From assembly GCA_048060725.1 (NCBI GenBank), contig JBGMQU010000003.1, forward strand, positions 527 to 64,526: a DNA stretch of 64,000 nt, written 5' to 3'. Shown in pieces: positions 8,851 through 18,073 of the stretch. The stretch comes from Gemmatimonadota bacterium (GTDB taxonomy: Bacteria > Gemmatimonadota > Gemmatimonadetes > Palauibacterales > Palauibacteraceae). A program made the translations under genes and the position numbers. Positions within the stretch are counted from its first letter, which is position 1. Each line of letters begins with the position of its first letter. The notes under the pieces are model-generated. The model searched no databases and was not told where the DNA came from. It saw only the letters and a program-made list of their open reading frames with translations.

Positions 8851-9957
8851 ATGCGGATTCTCCACACTCTGGCGCCGGCGCCCGTGGGCGGGCTCGAGCG
8901 GGTGGTGCAGATGCTGGCAAAGGCTCAGAGCGCGGCCGGACACGACGTCGCCGTTCTCGGCGTCGTCTCGCCAACCCGGGATTCGCACCCCTTCTTCGCG
9001 GCGTTTGACGATTCCGCAGTCGACGCACGACCGCTCGTCGTGCCCGATCGCGAATGGATCCGGGAGCTTCGGGCGCTGGCGACCGAGTTGCGGAGGTGGC
9101 GGCCCGAGATCGTGCATACACACGGCTACCGATCCGATGTTCTGATGGGGCGGACGGCCCGCCGAGCCGGCGTTCCAACCGTTGCGACCGCCCACGGTTT
9201 CATCGGCGGCGGGCTGAAGAACCGCCTCTACGAGTGGCTGCAGACGGCATCCTATCGGCGTGGGACGCACGCTATCGCGGTCTCACGCCCGCTAGGGGAA
9301 GAGTTGGTACGGCGGGGGGTGCCGGCGAGCCGGCTGCACCTGGTCCCCAACGCCTGGGCGCCCGATGGCTCGTTTCTCGAACGAGAGGCGGCGCGGCGCG
9401 CCCTGGGCCTCGACGGGCCGGGCCCGATCGTCGGTTGGGTCGGTCGGGTGAGCCGGGAGAAGGGCGCGGATGTCGCGGTTGAAGCTCTGACTCACCTCCC
9501 GGACGTGCGGCTCTCGATCGTGGGAGACGGAGCGATGCGGGGGGAACTGGAGCAGTGCGCGAAGGAGCAGGGAACGACCGACCGCATCCGTTGGCACGGG
9601 TGGCGTTCACGAGCGGACCTGATGCTTCGGGCGTTCGACGTCCTGGTCCTGAGCTCACGCACCGAGGGCACCCCCATCATCGTGCTCGAGGCCCTTGCGG
9701 CAGGGGTGCCGCTCGTGGTCACACGGGTGGGCGGCGTTCCGGATGTCGTTCGACACGATCGGGAAGCTCTGCTCGTCCCTTCGGAGGATCCGGTCGAGCT
9801 GGCCCGGGCCGTGCAGGCCTGCCTTGACGACCCCACCTCTGCCCGTGCGAGGGTCGCCAGAGGGCGGTCGCGGGTCGAAACAGAATTTGGAGTGGACAGT
9901 TGGGTCGCCCGTCACGAACGCGTGTACGAGGCGGCCAACGGAAAGGGGGGGGCGTGA
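8851..9957 (+). CDS. Glycosyltransferase family 4
   Basis: I chose the ATG at 8851 (MRILHTLAPAPVGGLERVV), which is typical of a GT4 N-terminus; the track ORF starts at 8725. The C-terminal LSSRTEGTPIIVLEALAAGVPLVVTRVGGVPDVV also fits GT4. Confidence 0.85.
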   Translation: MRILHTLAPAPVGGLERVVQMLAKAQSAAGHDVAVLGVVSPTRDSHPFFAAFDDSAVDARPLVVPDREWIRELRALATELRRWRPEIVHTHGYRSDVLMGRTARRAGVPTVATAHGFIGGGLKNRLYEWLQTASYRRGTHAIAVSRPLGEELVRRGVPASRLHLVPNAWAPDGSFLEREAARRALGLDGPGPIVGWVGRVSREKGADVAVEALTHLPDVRLSIVGDGAMRGELEQCAKEQGTTDRIRWHGWRSRADLMLRAFDVLVLSSRTEGTPIIVLEALAAGVPLVVTRVGGVPDVVRHDREALLVPSEDPVELARAVQACLDDPTSARARVARGRSRVETEFGVDSWVARHERVYEAANGKGGA

Positions 9958-11135
9958 GCCCGACGAGCATCGGCGTTGTTCTGGTGGCGATCCCGTTCGG
10001 GATGCTCGGCTATGCCTACGTCCTCTATCCAATGATCTTGCGCGCCCTGGCCGCCGCGAGGTCGAGCCACACGACCACGGAAGCGCCCGCTGAGTGGCCA
10101 ATGATCAGCGTGTCGCTTCCCGCGTACAACGAGGAGGAGGCGATCGCGGGGGCCCTCGACGCGCTTCTCGCCGCGGACTATCCGGCGGATCGTAGACAGA
10201 TCCTTGTCACCTCCGATGCGTCGGATGACCGAACCGATGAGATCGTGCGATCGTATGCCGATCGCGGCGTCGAATTGTTGCGCCTCGAAACTCGCGGCGG
10301 CAAGACGGCGGCGGAGAATGCCGCAGCCGAGCACCTTCGCGGCGCGATCGTAATCAACACCGATGCCTCCATACGGATTCCAGAACGGTCACTGAAGCCG
10401 CTCGTCGCGGCCCTGGCGGATTCGACCGTCGGCGTTGCGTCGGGGCGCGACATCAGCGTCGGTGCCGAGGGCACCGAGGCGGGCGCTGGCGAGACCGGTT
10501 ACGTGGGGTACGAGATGTGGGTGCGGTCGCTCGAAAGCGATCTCGGCTCGATCATCGGTGCCAGCGGGTGCTACTACGCGACCCGTCGTGATCTTCATGT
10601 CCTCCCGGTCCCCGACAACCTGAGTCGCGACTTTGCAGCCGTCCTCAAGGCGCGGGTGCACGGGTATCGGTCGGTCCACGTACCCGACGGCATTTGCCTG
10701 GTCCCCCGGACCGGATCCGCAGGGGTCGAGTATCGTCGAAAGGTCCGGACGATGGCCAGAGGGCTCGGTACGCTGTGGCACTACCGGACCTTGATGAACC
10801 CGCTCCGATACGGCGGGTTCGCGATCAAGCTTATCAGCCACAAGCTGTGTCGGTGGCTGGTGCCACCGTTGCTGCTCGTGGGTGCGATCGGCATCGGGTT
10901 TCTCGCTGTGGACCACGTCTGGGCCCGGGTAACGCTGGGGCTCGGTGTGGGTGGGCTCGGCCTGACCGGGTTGGTGGTCTGGTGGCCCGCTGACCGGCGG
11001 CCCCTGCCGCGCGCCGTCAACCTGTTCGGCTTCGCCGTTTCCGCGAACCTGGCCGCGATCGCAGCGTGGACAAAGGCGTTGAAAGAGGGAGGTGGCTCGG
11101 CCGTCTGGGAACCGACGAGACGGGACGCGGTCTAG
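9954..11135 (+). CDS. Glycosyltransferase family 2 (membrane-anchored, processive-type architecture)
   Basis: The GTG at 9954 overlaps the upstream stop (GTGA). An N-terminal TM segment is followed by ISVSLPAYNEEEAI...VTSDASDDRT...INTDAS (GT-A DxD region), then C-terminal TM helices. Confidence 0.8.
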   Translation: MSPTSIGVVLVAIPFGMLGYAYVLYPMILRALAAARSSHTTTEAPAEWPMISVSLPAYNEEEAIAGALDALLAADYPADRRQILVTSDASDDRTDEIVRSYADRGVELLRLETRGGKTAAENAAAEHLRGAIVINTDASIRIPERSLKPLVAALADSTVGVASGRDISVGAEGTEAGAGETGYVGYEMWVRSLESDLGSIIGASGCYYATRRDLHVLPVPDNLSRDFAAVLKARVHGYRSVHVPDGICLVPRTGSAGVEYRRKVRTMARGLGTLWHYRTLMNPLRYGGFAIKLISHKLCRWLVPPLLLVGAIGIGFLAVDHVWARVTLGLGVGGLGLTGLVVWWPADRRPLPRAVNLFGFAVSANLAAIAAWTKALKEGGGSAVWEPTRRDAV

Positions 11136-11962
11136 TCGAGCACTTCGTAGCCGAACCGTTCGAGCGTCGGACCGGCGATCGCGCTGATCTCCGCGCGCTC
11201 ATCGGCGCTGAGTCTGTCGATGCTCTCCTGGTTCATATCACGGATGGTGCCGCTCCGCTCGTGGATATCCCACGCCCTTTCTGTGTCGATGCCGTCGGCC
11301 GAGGGGCCCATGAACTCGAGGATGCGGGCGATCTCGACCGTGGGGTCCGCCGTGAGCGCCTCGTAAGTGACCCATAACACTCGGTCCAGATGTTCGGCGT
11401 CTTCGGCCAGGATCTCGTTGGAGCGAGCCCATTGGCGTGCGCAGTCCGCGAGTGGCCATCCTTCCTTAAGGTGGTGCGGCTCTGCCTTGCGGCGGATTCC
11501 TTCGGCTACCGCATAGCCGTTTCGAACGAGTGCGACGAAAGACGCGCCCTCGAAGTTCGCCTGGAGCCATCGGGTTCTGGCGGCGTTGGGGGGCGATTTC
11601 TCGAGAAAGACGGGTCGGGACCGGTCAAGCCGCATCGCCCATTCACGTTTGACCCGGTCTGCATCAGGTCCCGTGTCGGCCTCGTTCAACCGGAAGAGGT
11701 CCTCCCGCATCGTCCACATGCGGGGCACGTGGAGTTCGTAGTCCGCCGCGAACTGGTCCGTGAGGAACTGCCCTTCCTTCGGCAGCGCCGAAATCTCCGG
11801 GTGCGTCGCGAGGATGCTGCTCAGGAGAGTCGTCCCCGAATTGTAGCAGCCGACGAGAAACACCCAGTGCTTGCCCGTGGGCAAGGGTGTGAGTGCGATC
11901 TTCACTTCGCGGTGGATCCCACGCATCGAATCTTCCAGGGTCTTTCGCAGGTACCCCGTCAT
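11132..11962 (-). CDS. Sulfotransferase family protein
   Basis: HWVFLVGCYNSGTTLLSSILATHP is a 5'-PSB-like loop and FVALVRNGYAVAEGIRRK is 3'-PB-like. The stop codon overlaps the stop of the convergent GT2 gene (CTAG at 11132-11135). Confidence 0.75.
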   Translation of the reverse strand: MTGYLRKTLEDSMRGIHREVKIALTPLPTGKHWVFLVGCYNSGTTLLSSILATHPEISALPKEGQFLTDQFAADYELHVPRMWTMREDLFRLNEADTGPDADRVKREWAMRLDRSRPVFLEKSPPNAARTRWLQANFEGASFVALVRNGYAVAEGIRRKAEPHHLKEGWPLADCARQWARSNEILAEDAEHLDRVLWVTYEALTADPTVEIARILEFMGPSADGIDTERAWDIHERSGTIRDMNQESIDRLSADERAEISAIAGPTLERFGYEVLD

Positions 11963-12153
11963 CCGTCCTCCACACCCGGGTGGCGCCCGGCTGGATCGCG
12001 CCGGACTCGCTAGAGTCTGTCAGCCGAGGCAAGTTAGACGGGGCCACAGGGCAGTTCCAGCCCGGCCCCCGCATCGCGGGCAAGGAACCTGCAAGCATGC
12101 GACCAGCGCGGGTGGACCGCGGGGCAGTCGCGGGGGAAAGCCGAGGAGCTACG

Positions 12154-13113
12154 GTGAACGGTGAGTTCGGGAAATCCACGACGGTGTTCATCGTCGGGTG
12201 TCCGCGAAGCGGGACGACCTGGATTCAGCTGTTGCTGGCCCATCATCCGCTCGTGGCCACGGCTCCCGAGACGCAGATCTTCGCGTACTATCTCGAGTCG
12301 TTCAAGAAGCAATGGTTGTGGGAACAGGAGGGCGCCGGTGGCAAGCGGCACGGGGGTGCCGGGCTCAACCGCCTTCTGTCCGAGGAGGAGTTCGACGACC
12401 TCTGTCGTGAGACGGCCAACTTCGTGCTCGAGAAGATCGCGAGCCGGAACCCGGATGGCCGGGTGGTCGTCGAGAAGAGCCCGAGACACGCCCTCCAGGC
12501 CGCCTGGATCTCTCGACTGCTCCCCGACGCCCGCTTCCTTCATGTGGTCCGCGACCCGCGCGACACGGCCGCGTCGCTGCTGGCGGCGGGTGCGAGCTGG
12601 GCCCCCTGGGCCCCCCGGAACCCGACAGGTGCGGGGAAGCTATGGCTCGAGTGCGTCGAGGGCGCGCGCCAGGTCGGCGGGGACGACGTCACGTACCGTG
12701 AACTGAGATACGAGGACGTGCGGAAGGATCCTGTGGTCGCCGTGCAGGGCGTATTCGACTGGTTGGGGCTACCTGACGACCGAGAACTCTGCGAGCACGC
12801 GGTCGAGCAGTGCCGTCTCGACCGGCTTCAGGAGAACGTCTCCGGGGATTCGTTGCCGATCCCCAATCGAAAGTCTCCAATCGGTTTCTTCAGGCGAGGG
12901 GTGGTCGGCGGGTGGCAGGACGAGTTGTCCGGATGGAAGGTGCGAGTGATCGAGGACATCTGCGGCCCGTTGATGGACGAATATGGATACGAACGGGCCG
13001 CGACCTCGAGTAGCTTCCCCATCGCCACGGTGCGAAGAGGTCTCCACGAGGGTCTGACCAGGCTTCACGGCGGGCTCGACTGGCGGATCAAGCGGCTCAT
13101 CCGCCGCATCTAG
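12154..13113 (+). CDS. Sulfotransferase family protein
   Basis: The GTG at 12154 is preceded by GAGGAG at 12143-12148. The track start at 11893 would overlap the divergent gene. VFIVGCPRSGTTWIQLLLAHHP is the 5'-PSB loop and RFLHVVRDPRDTAASL is the 3'-PB motif. Confidence 0.8.
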   Translation: MNGEFGKSTTVFIVGCPRSGTTWIQLLLAHHPLVATAPETQIFAYYLESFKKQWLWEQEGAGGKRHGGAGLNRLLSEEEFDDLCRETANFVLEKIASRNPDGRVVVEKSPRHALQAAWISRLLPDARFLHVVRDPRDTAASLLAAGASWAPWAPRNPTGAGKLWLECVEGARQVGGDDVTYRELRYEDVRKDPVVAVQGVFDWLGLPDDRELCEHAVEQCRLDRLQENVSGDSLPIPNRKSPIGFFRRGVVGGWQDELSGWKVRVIEDICGPLMDEYGYERAATSSSFPIATVRRGLHEGLTRLHGGLDWRIKRLIRRI

Positions 13114-13156
13114 GATCGACCGCGTTCGGCGCGATCCGCGTACCTCATGGATGCAG

Positions 13157-13194
13157 GAAGGGCCGGGCCCCCTCGCGGGGAAAACCGGCCCTTC
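13157..13194. terminator. Bidirectional hairpin between convergent genes
   Basis: There is a perfect 10-bp inverted repeat, GAAGGGCCGG (13157-13166) and CCGGCCCTTC (13185-13194). It encloses a GC-rich inner CCCC/GGGG repeat. The hairpin sits between the stops at 13113 (+) and 13234 (-). There is no clear U-tract. Confidence 0.5.
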
Positions 13195-13233
13195 AGACGT
13201 GCCCGTCCGTCTATGTGCCGCTATCTCTCGTTC

Positions 13234-15729
13234 CTATACGGCGTCCGCGTAGTAGTAGTGGACGTAGTACTCGTAGTCCGGAGCCGACTTCGGCAGCGCG
13301 TTGAGCACGGCCCCAACGATCGGGAGGTCCACGTTTCCGAGCGCATTGAGCTTCGCCTTCGCCAGATCTTCGGTGGTTGTCCCGGCGCGCAGCACCACGA
13401 CGACCTTGTTCACGAGCGATCCGAGGAGCAGCACGTCAGCTCCTGCGGCGAGCGGTGGGCCGTCCATGACGACCACGTCATACTCTTCACGCATTTGATC
13501 GAGCAGGCCGCGCATACCGGCACTCTCGAGCAGGTCCGCGTTGAATCCGCCCGGCGCACCGCGCGCGAGCAGGGTCAGGTTCTCGATCGACGTTTCCTGG
13601 CGAATCTCATCCAGTGTCGCCCGGTCCATCAAGAAGTCGGTCAGCCCCGGCGAACGGTTGAGGTTGAACATCTCCTGGGCGCGTCCGCGTCGCGTGTCAC
13701 CGTCGAGCAACAGGGTCCGGTACCCGGCCGTCGCGTACGAAATCGCGAGGTTGGCCGAGACCATCGACTTGCCCTCTCGTGGCGCCGGGCTGGTAATCAG
13801 CATCACGCCGCCCGGGTTGCCGTCTACGTGTGCGATCTGCGTGCGGAGTCCGCGGAAGGACTCGACGGCGATCGCCGCAGCGGGGCTCGCGGGGTCGGGC
13901 GTAGCTTCGAGCCGCGGCACGACTGCGAGCACGGGCAGGCCGAGCGCGCCCGTAACCTGGTCAGGTGAATGGATCCGGCGGTCGAACCGATCGAAGACGA
14001 CAACGCCGGCCACGCCGATGCCGAGACCGAGCAACGCGAAGAGGGCGATCACTCCACCCGGCTTCTCGCCACGCGGCGACGGGTCGGGCCATGCCGGATT
14101 GAGGATAGTGATCCCCGGCCCGCTGGTCGCCTCGGCCAACTCCGCCTCCTTGAGACGCGAAAGAAGCACCGAGTTGAGACCGGCAGCCTGCTGGACCTCA
14201 CGCTGCAGGCGGGCCGTCTGAATCGTTCGCTGCGGGATCTCCCGAAGCTGAACGCCCTGATTGGCGATCTGCCGATTGAGGAGGTCGACCTGGTTCTGGA
14301 TTTCGGAGCCGAGGCGCGCGAGGGCGGCCGGGATGATCGAACGTTCGAGCTCGTTCATCAGCTGTGTGGCCTGGACGACCTCGGGAGCCACCTCCGTATA
14401 CGTCGACAACAACGTGCGCCGGTTCAGCCGCGCCTGATACAGCTGGTCGACGGCAGACTGGAGTTCCGGATATTGACCGGCCGACGGCAACATTCGGATG
14501 GCGAGAAGGTTCAGCGGTCGGCCCGCAGACAGGTCCGCCCGGATCCCCTCGATCTGCTGGTACTCGAGCTGCAGTTGGTCGGCGCGCAGCTTGTTGTTCG
14601 CGAAGGCGCTGAACATCGGATCCGGCGATCCGAGGGCGGTCGCGGTCCCGACCGATGTCTGGGCCGCGAACGGCTCCGTCGGCTCCGTGATCGCATCTAC
14701 GCGATGCGCCTGCAGGCTGAGTTCGGCCCGCTGTAACAGTGCACCCGTGAGGTCGGACTGTTCCTGAAGAAGTTCCACTTCGTCACGAATTTTTGTCGTC
14801 CTGAGCCGATCGGCCAAGTTGACGAACTCGGCGGTGATCGCATTCAGGATCTCAGCCGCCTCATAGGGGTCGTGCCAGACGAACTCCGCGGTGATGATGT
14901 CGGAGCGATTCCTGAACCCGGCGTCGAGTCGACCGGCGAGGTTGCGAACCGTGGCCTGGGCCGTGTTGATTCGGAAGCGGATCTCGGAGTCGGCCAGCGC
15001 CGAAAGATCGGGAGACCACGAGAAGCCAGCGGACGACCCGATCTCACCACCTCGCTGCCCCTGTTCGATCGCGTTCGACTCGCCTGCACGAGCGAGAGCC
15101 CATGATCCACCCGAGCCGACGGTGACCTCGTATTCGCCGGGAACCGATTCGTCCGATACGAGGAAGTGGTCGAAAAGCGAGCGCTCGGTATCACCGAGCA
15201 CGCGCAACTGAAGCCCGAGCTCTTCTACGACCGGTGAGAGAACCGCTCGACTGGAGAAAACATCGGTCCACCCGTCGACGGGCAGCACCGAACCCGCCTG
15301 GATGGGGCCAGTCTTCGTCGTACCGCCGTCCTCGATGGCCAGCGTCGTCGACGTCATATACTCTGGGGAGACGAGTTGAGACGCGCCCCATCCGACCCCG
15401 AGCCCGACAGCGACCGCCCCGAGCAGCCATAGCTTCTTCGTCCACAGCAATCGACCGAGCCGGCCGAGTTCCAGCCCCTCACCCTCGCCCTGGTTGATTG
15501 CATAGTCCGGGTAATAGTACGTGTGCGCAGGAGCTACCTGGCCCTGCTGCGGGTACGGTACCGGAACCGACCCCCCCACTCTATCGTCGTTGGTCAACGA
15601 TCTTCTCCATTCCCCCTCGAGTGCTCCGAACGACCCCGAAAACTGACTCTCCCCGCGCCGGAGGTCGTCGCCGCTCTTAGGAGCAAGACTGGTGCCGGGG
15701 ACCGCCGCTCCGATGTGCCCGTGGTTCAT
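13234..15729 (-). CDS. Polysaccharide co-polymerase / tyrosine autokinase (Wzc/GumC/EpsG-like)
   Basis: This 831-aa protein has two TM segments flanking a long coiled periplasmic region. The C-terminal kinase domain has Walker A (SPAPREGKS), Walker A' (LLLDGDTRRG) and Walker B (DVVVMDGPPL). The tail is tyrosine-rich (PDYEYYVHYYYADAV). Confidence 0.85.
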   Translation of the reverse strand: MNHGHIGAAVPGTSLAPKSGDDLRRGESQFSGSFGALEGEWRRSLTNDDRVGGSVPVPYPQQGQVAPAHTYYYPDYAINQGEGEGLELGRLGRLLWTKKLWLLGAVAVGLGVGWGASQLVSPEYMTSTTLAIEDGGTTKTGPIQAGSVLPVDGWTDVFSSRAVLSPVVEELGLQLRVLGDTERSLFDHFLVSDESVPGEYEVTVGSGGSWALARAGESNAIEQGQRGGEIGSSAGFSWSPDLSALADSEIRFRINTAQATVRNLAGRLDAGFRNRSDIITAEFVWHDPYEAAEILNAITAEFVNLADRLRTTKIRDEVELLQEQSDLTGALLQRAELSLQAHRVDAITEPTEPFAAQTSVGTATALGSPDPMFSAFANNKLRADQLQLEYQQIEGIRADLSAGRPLNLLAIRMLPSAGQYPELQSAVDQLYQARLNRRTLLSTYTEVAPEVVQATQLMNELERSIIPAALARLGSEIQNQVDLLNRQIANQGVQLREIPQRTIQTARLQREVQQAAGLNSVLLSRLKEAELAEATSGPGITILNPAWPDPSPRGEKPGGVIALFALLGLGIGVAGVVVFDRFDRRIHSPDQVTGALGLPVLAVVPRLEATPDPASPAAAIAVESFRGLRTQIAHVDGNPGGVMLITSPAPREGKSMVSANLAISYATAGYRTLLLDGDTRRGRAQEMFNLNRSPGLTDFLMDRATLDEIRQETSIENLTLLARGAPGGFNADLLESAGMRGLLDQMREEYDVVVMDGPPLAAGADVLLLGSLVNKVVVVLRAGTTTEDLAKAKLNALGNVDLPIVGAVLNALPKSAPDYEYYVHYYYADAV

Positions 15730-16188
15730 ACCCTTCGGGCCCCGTGATTACAGACCGACGATCGCGGTCGTTGCGCGCTTACAGCACTCTCCGCTCCCGT
15801 CTGTCCCGTGGCGGTGGCAGCGCTCATCGATACCACGACTATGTCCTCCCGGCCCTGAACGTTCCCTCGCGCGCTTTGCCGCGATCCGGAGCACTTCGCG
15901 CGACCCGATGGATTCGGGGCCGCGGCGACGCGACGGGACCCACCCGGGTGCTTCGGCGGCCTCCTAAGTCGCTCGCACGCAACTCTTAACGCCGAAACCG
16001 TTGCTTCTATGCCGCGATCGGGACGCGCGAGGTCGAGTGTCACGCGGCCAGAATCGCTCCGTCGGCCACTCCCGTGCGTAACGACAGCACCCGACGTTGT
16101 GACTCCGCCACACACCGCGGAGAGAAGCGATCGGCTCACCTGGGCTGGATTGCCCGACGACTTCGTATCCCGAAGATAGGCGCAGTTC

Positions 16189-16217
16189 TTGAACTTCGGG
16201 CACTCACACCGTATTGT
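16189..16217 (+). promoter_or_regulatory. Candidate sigma-70-type promoter upstream of the response-regulator gene
   Basis: TTGAAC (16189-16194), a 17-nt spacer and TATTGT (16212-16217). This is a sequence match only. Confidence 0.25.
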
Positions 16218-16539
16218 GCGAGCCCTTATTCGAGTGGGGTCGGGCACGGTGTTCAGGATTGGTTCGACGACTTGAGGGTCCCGAATCGTCACTGAATCCG
16301 TGTTCTGTTGCGTGAATGACGCAGTCGGGGGAGGGCCCGAAACGGGGTGTGGCGGATCCGCAATGATTCGGCGCGACCTCGGCGACGATCGCGGCAGCTT
16401 GCGGGGCGATCGAGCAATGCGCCACGGACATGCAGCCCGGAGAGATCCGACGGCCGCGGTGCCGCTGCGAGAGGCATCGGCACGAGAAGCGACAGGGGGA
16501 TCAGTGCGAATCGAAACGCCTGAATTGACGGACGAGGCT

Positions 16540-18045
16540 ATGGCCGACGGCCTGCCGGTCGATGATCTGGACGATTCTGGGTCCACGCTGCTCGGCCCGG
16601 AAGAGCGCGCCAGCATCCGCATCCTCGTGATCGACGACGAACAGAGCATCCTCGACAGCTGTGAGTCGGTGTTGGCCGCGGATGGTTACCAGTGCGAGTG
16701 TGAACGAAGAGCGGACGACGCGCTTCACCGCATCAAGAGCCAATCGTACGACATCGTTCTCATAGACCAGAGCATGCCGCAGGTGCACGGTCTCGACATC
16801 CTGGCCGAGGTACACCAGCGCTCGCCGGGAACCATCGCGATCATGATGACGGGGCACGCGACGACCGAGGCATCCATTCGCGCGATGAAGGCGGGGGCCT
16901 GGGAGTACGTTCCGAAGCCGTTCACCGCGACTCAGTTGCTCGTCGTCATCGGCCGCGCGGCATACACGCTCGTGCGGCAGCGGACGTTTTCCGACTCGTC
17001 CAGACGAGAGGGCGTGCTCGTGGACGGTCGAGTACGGATCCTCGGCGTGTCGTCCGCCATGCGTGAGGCAGTCCAGACGGCCATGAAGGTCGCGCGAACG
17101 GACGCTTCCGTATTCATCACGGGCGACAGCGGAACCGGCAAGGAGCTGATCGCCCAGTACATCCACAACGAAAGCCGTCGGTCACGGAAGGCCTTCGTGG
17201 CCGTGAACTGTGCGGCTCTCCCCGGCGAACTGCTCGAATCGGAGATGTTCGGGCATCGTCGCGGCGCGTTCACCGGAGCGGTTAGGGACAAACCCGGCCT
17301 TCTCGAGGTTGCCGACCAGGGCACGTTCTTCCTGGACGAACTCGGTGAGATGCCGATGCCGCTTCAGGCAAAGCTCCTGCGCGTCCTGCAGGACGGTGTC
17401 CTTCGCCGCGTGGGCAGCGAGAAGGACGACGCCGTCGTAGACGTCCGGTTCGTGTCGGCCACGAACCGTGAGCCGCAAATGGCCATCCGGGACGGCCAGC
17501 TGCGACAGGATCTGTACTTCCGCCTCCGCGTCGTTCCGGTTCATCTGCCGCCGCTTCGCGATCGCGCCGAAGACATTCCGGTCCTGATCAAACACTTCAT
17601 CGATCATTTCTGGCGTCGTCATCAGCTTCCGGGCGCCCTGCCGCCTCGACTTTCATCCGGCGCGTTGGAAGCGCTGGCGCGCTACGAGTGGCCCGGGAAC
17701 GTTCGCGAGCTGCAGAACGTCATCGAGCACCTTGTCGTAATGTCCGAGTCGAGCGAGATGATCGATCGTGATCGGCTGTCGATTCTGGAGAGCGGGGCTA
17801 CGATGGAGACGATGGGAAGTGCGGCGACGCCGAATTCGGTGGCATCGCTGATCGACTTCCACTCTCCCTTCCACGACGCGAAAGAGGCGTTGATCGGTCG
17901 GTTCGAGCGTGAGTACCTCGCTCAGGTCGTCGCTCGTACGCAGGGCAACATGTCCGAGGCTGCGCGACAGGCCGGCATCGATCGCACGACGCTCTACAGG
18001 CTGATGGACAAACACGAGTTGTCGAAGGACGCGTTCGTCCAGTAG
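16540..18045 (+). CDS. Sigma-54-dependent response regulator (NtrC-family enhancer-binding protein)
   Basis: The receiver domain is IRILVIDDEQSIL...LIDQSMP...IAIMMTGHA. The AAA+ domain has GDSGTGKE, the signature GAFTGA and FRLRVVPVHLPPLRDR. The C-terminal Fis-type HTH is GNMSEAARQAGIDRTTLYRLM. The start is ambiguous, with candidates from 16300 to 16540; I chose the ATG at 16540 (MADGLPV). Confidence 0.85.
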   Translation: MADGLPVDDLDDSGSTLLGPEERASIRILVIDDEQSILDSCESVLAADGYQCECERRADDALHRIKSQSYDIVLIDQSMPQVHGLDILAEVHQRSPGTIAIMMTGHATTEASIRAMKAGAWEYVPKPFTATQLLVVIGRAAYTLVRQRTFSDSSRREGVLVDGRVRILGVSSAMREAVQTAMKVARTDASVFITGDSGTGKELIAQYIHNESRRSRKAFVAVNCAALPGELLESEMFGHRRGAFTGAVRDKPGLLEVADQGTFFLDELGEMPMPLQAKLLRVLQDGVLRRVGSEKDDAVVDVRFVSATNREPQMAIRDGQLRQDLYFRLRVVPVHLPPLRDRAEDIPVLIKHFIDHFWRRHQLPGALPPRLSSGALEALARYEWPGNVRELQNVIEHLVVMSESSEMIDRDRLSILESGATMETMGSAATPNSVASLIDFHSPFHDAKEALIGRFEREYLAQVVARTQGNMSEAARQAGIDRTTLYRLMDKHELSKDAFVQ

Positions 18046-18073
18046 GGCGGACGGGACGAGGCCGGAGCCTACC

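Noticed and set aside
6797-8851. A 684-aa plus-strand ORF overlaps the deacetylase 3' end and the whole flippase gene.
   Set aside because: Its composition is extremely R/D/E/G-rich and it has no domains. The opposite strand encodes a convincing polytopic Wzx.
11893-12153. The upstream part of track ORF 11893..13113 was considered as the N-terminus of the fourth sulfotransferase.
   Set aside because: It would overlap the divergent sulfotransferase gene start by 70 nt, and its composition is atypical. The GTG at 12154 has a GAGGAG Shine-Dalgarno sequence and places the PRSGTT loop at the usual distance from the N-terminus.
16300-16539. An ~80-aa N-terminal extension of the sigma-54 regulator is predicted by the track ORF.
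   Set aside because: It is Gly/Arg/Asp-rich, with no domain preceding the receiver. Typical NtrC-family proteins start just before the receiver domain. I kept this as a start ambiguity rather than a called feature.
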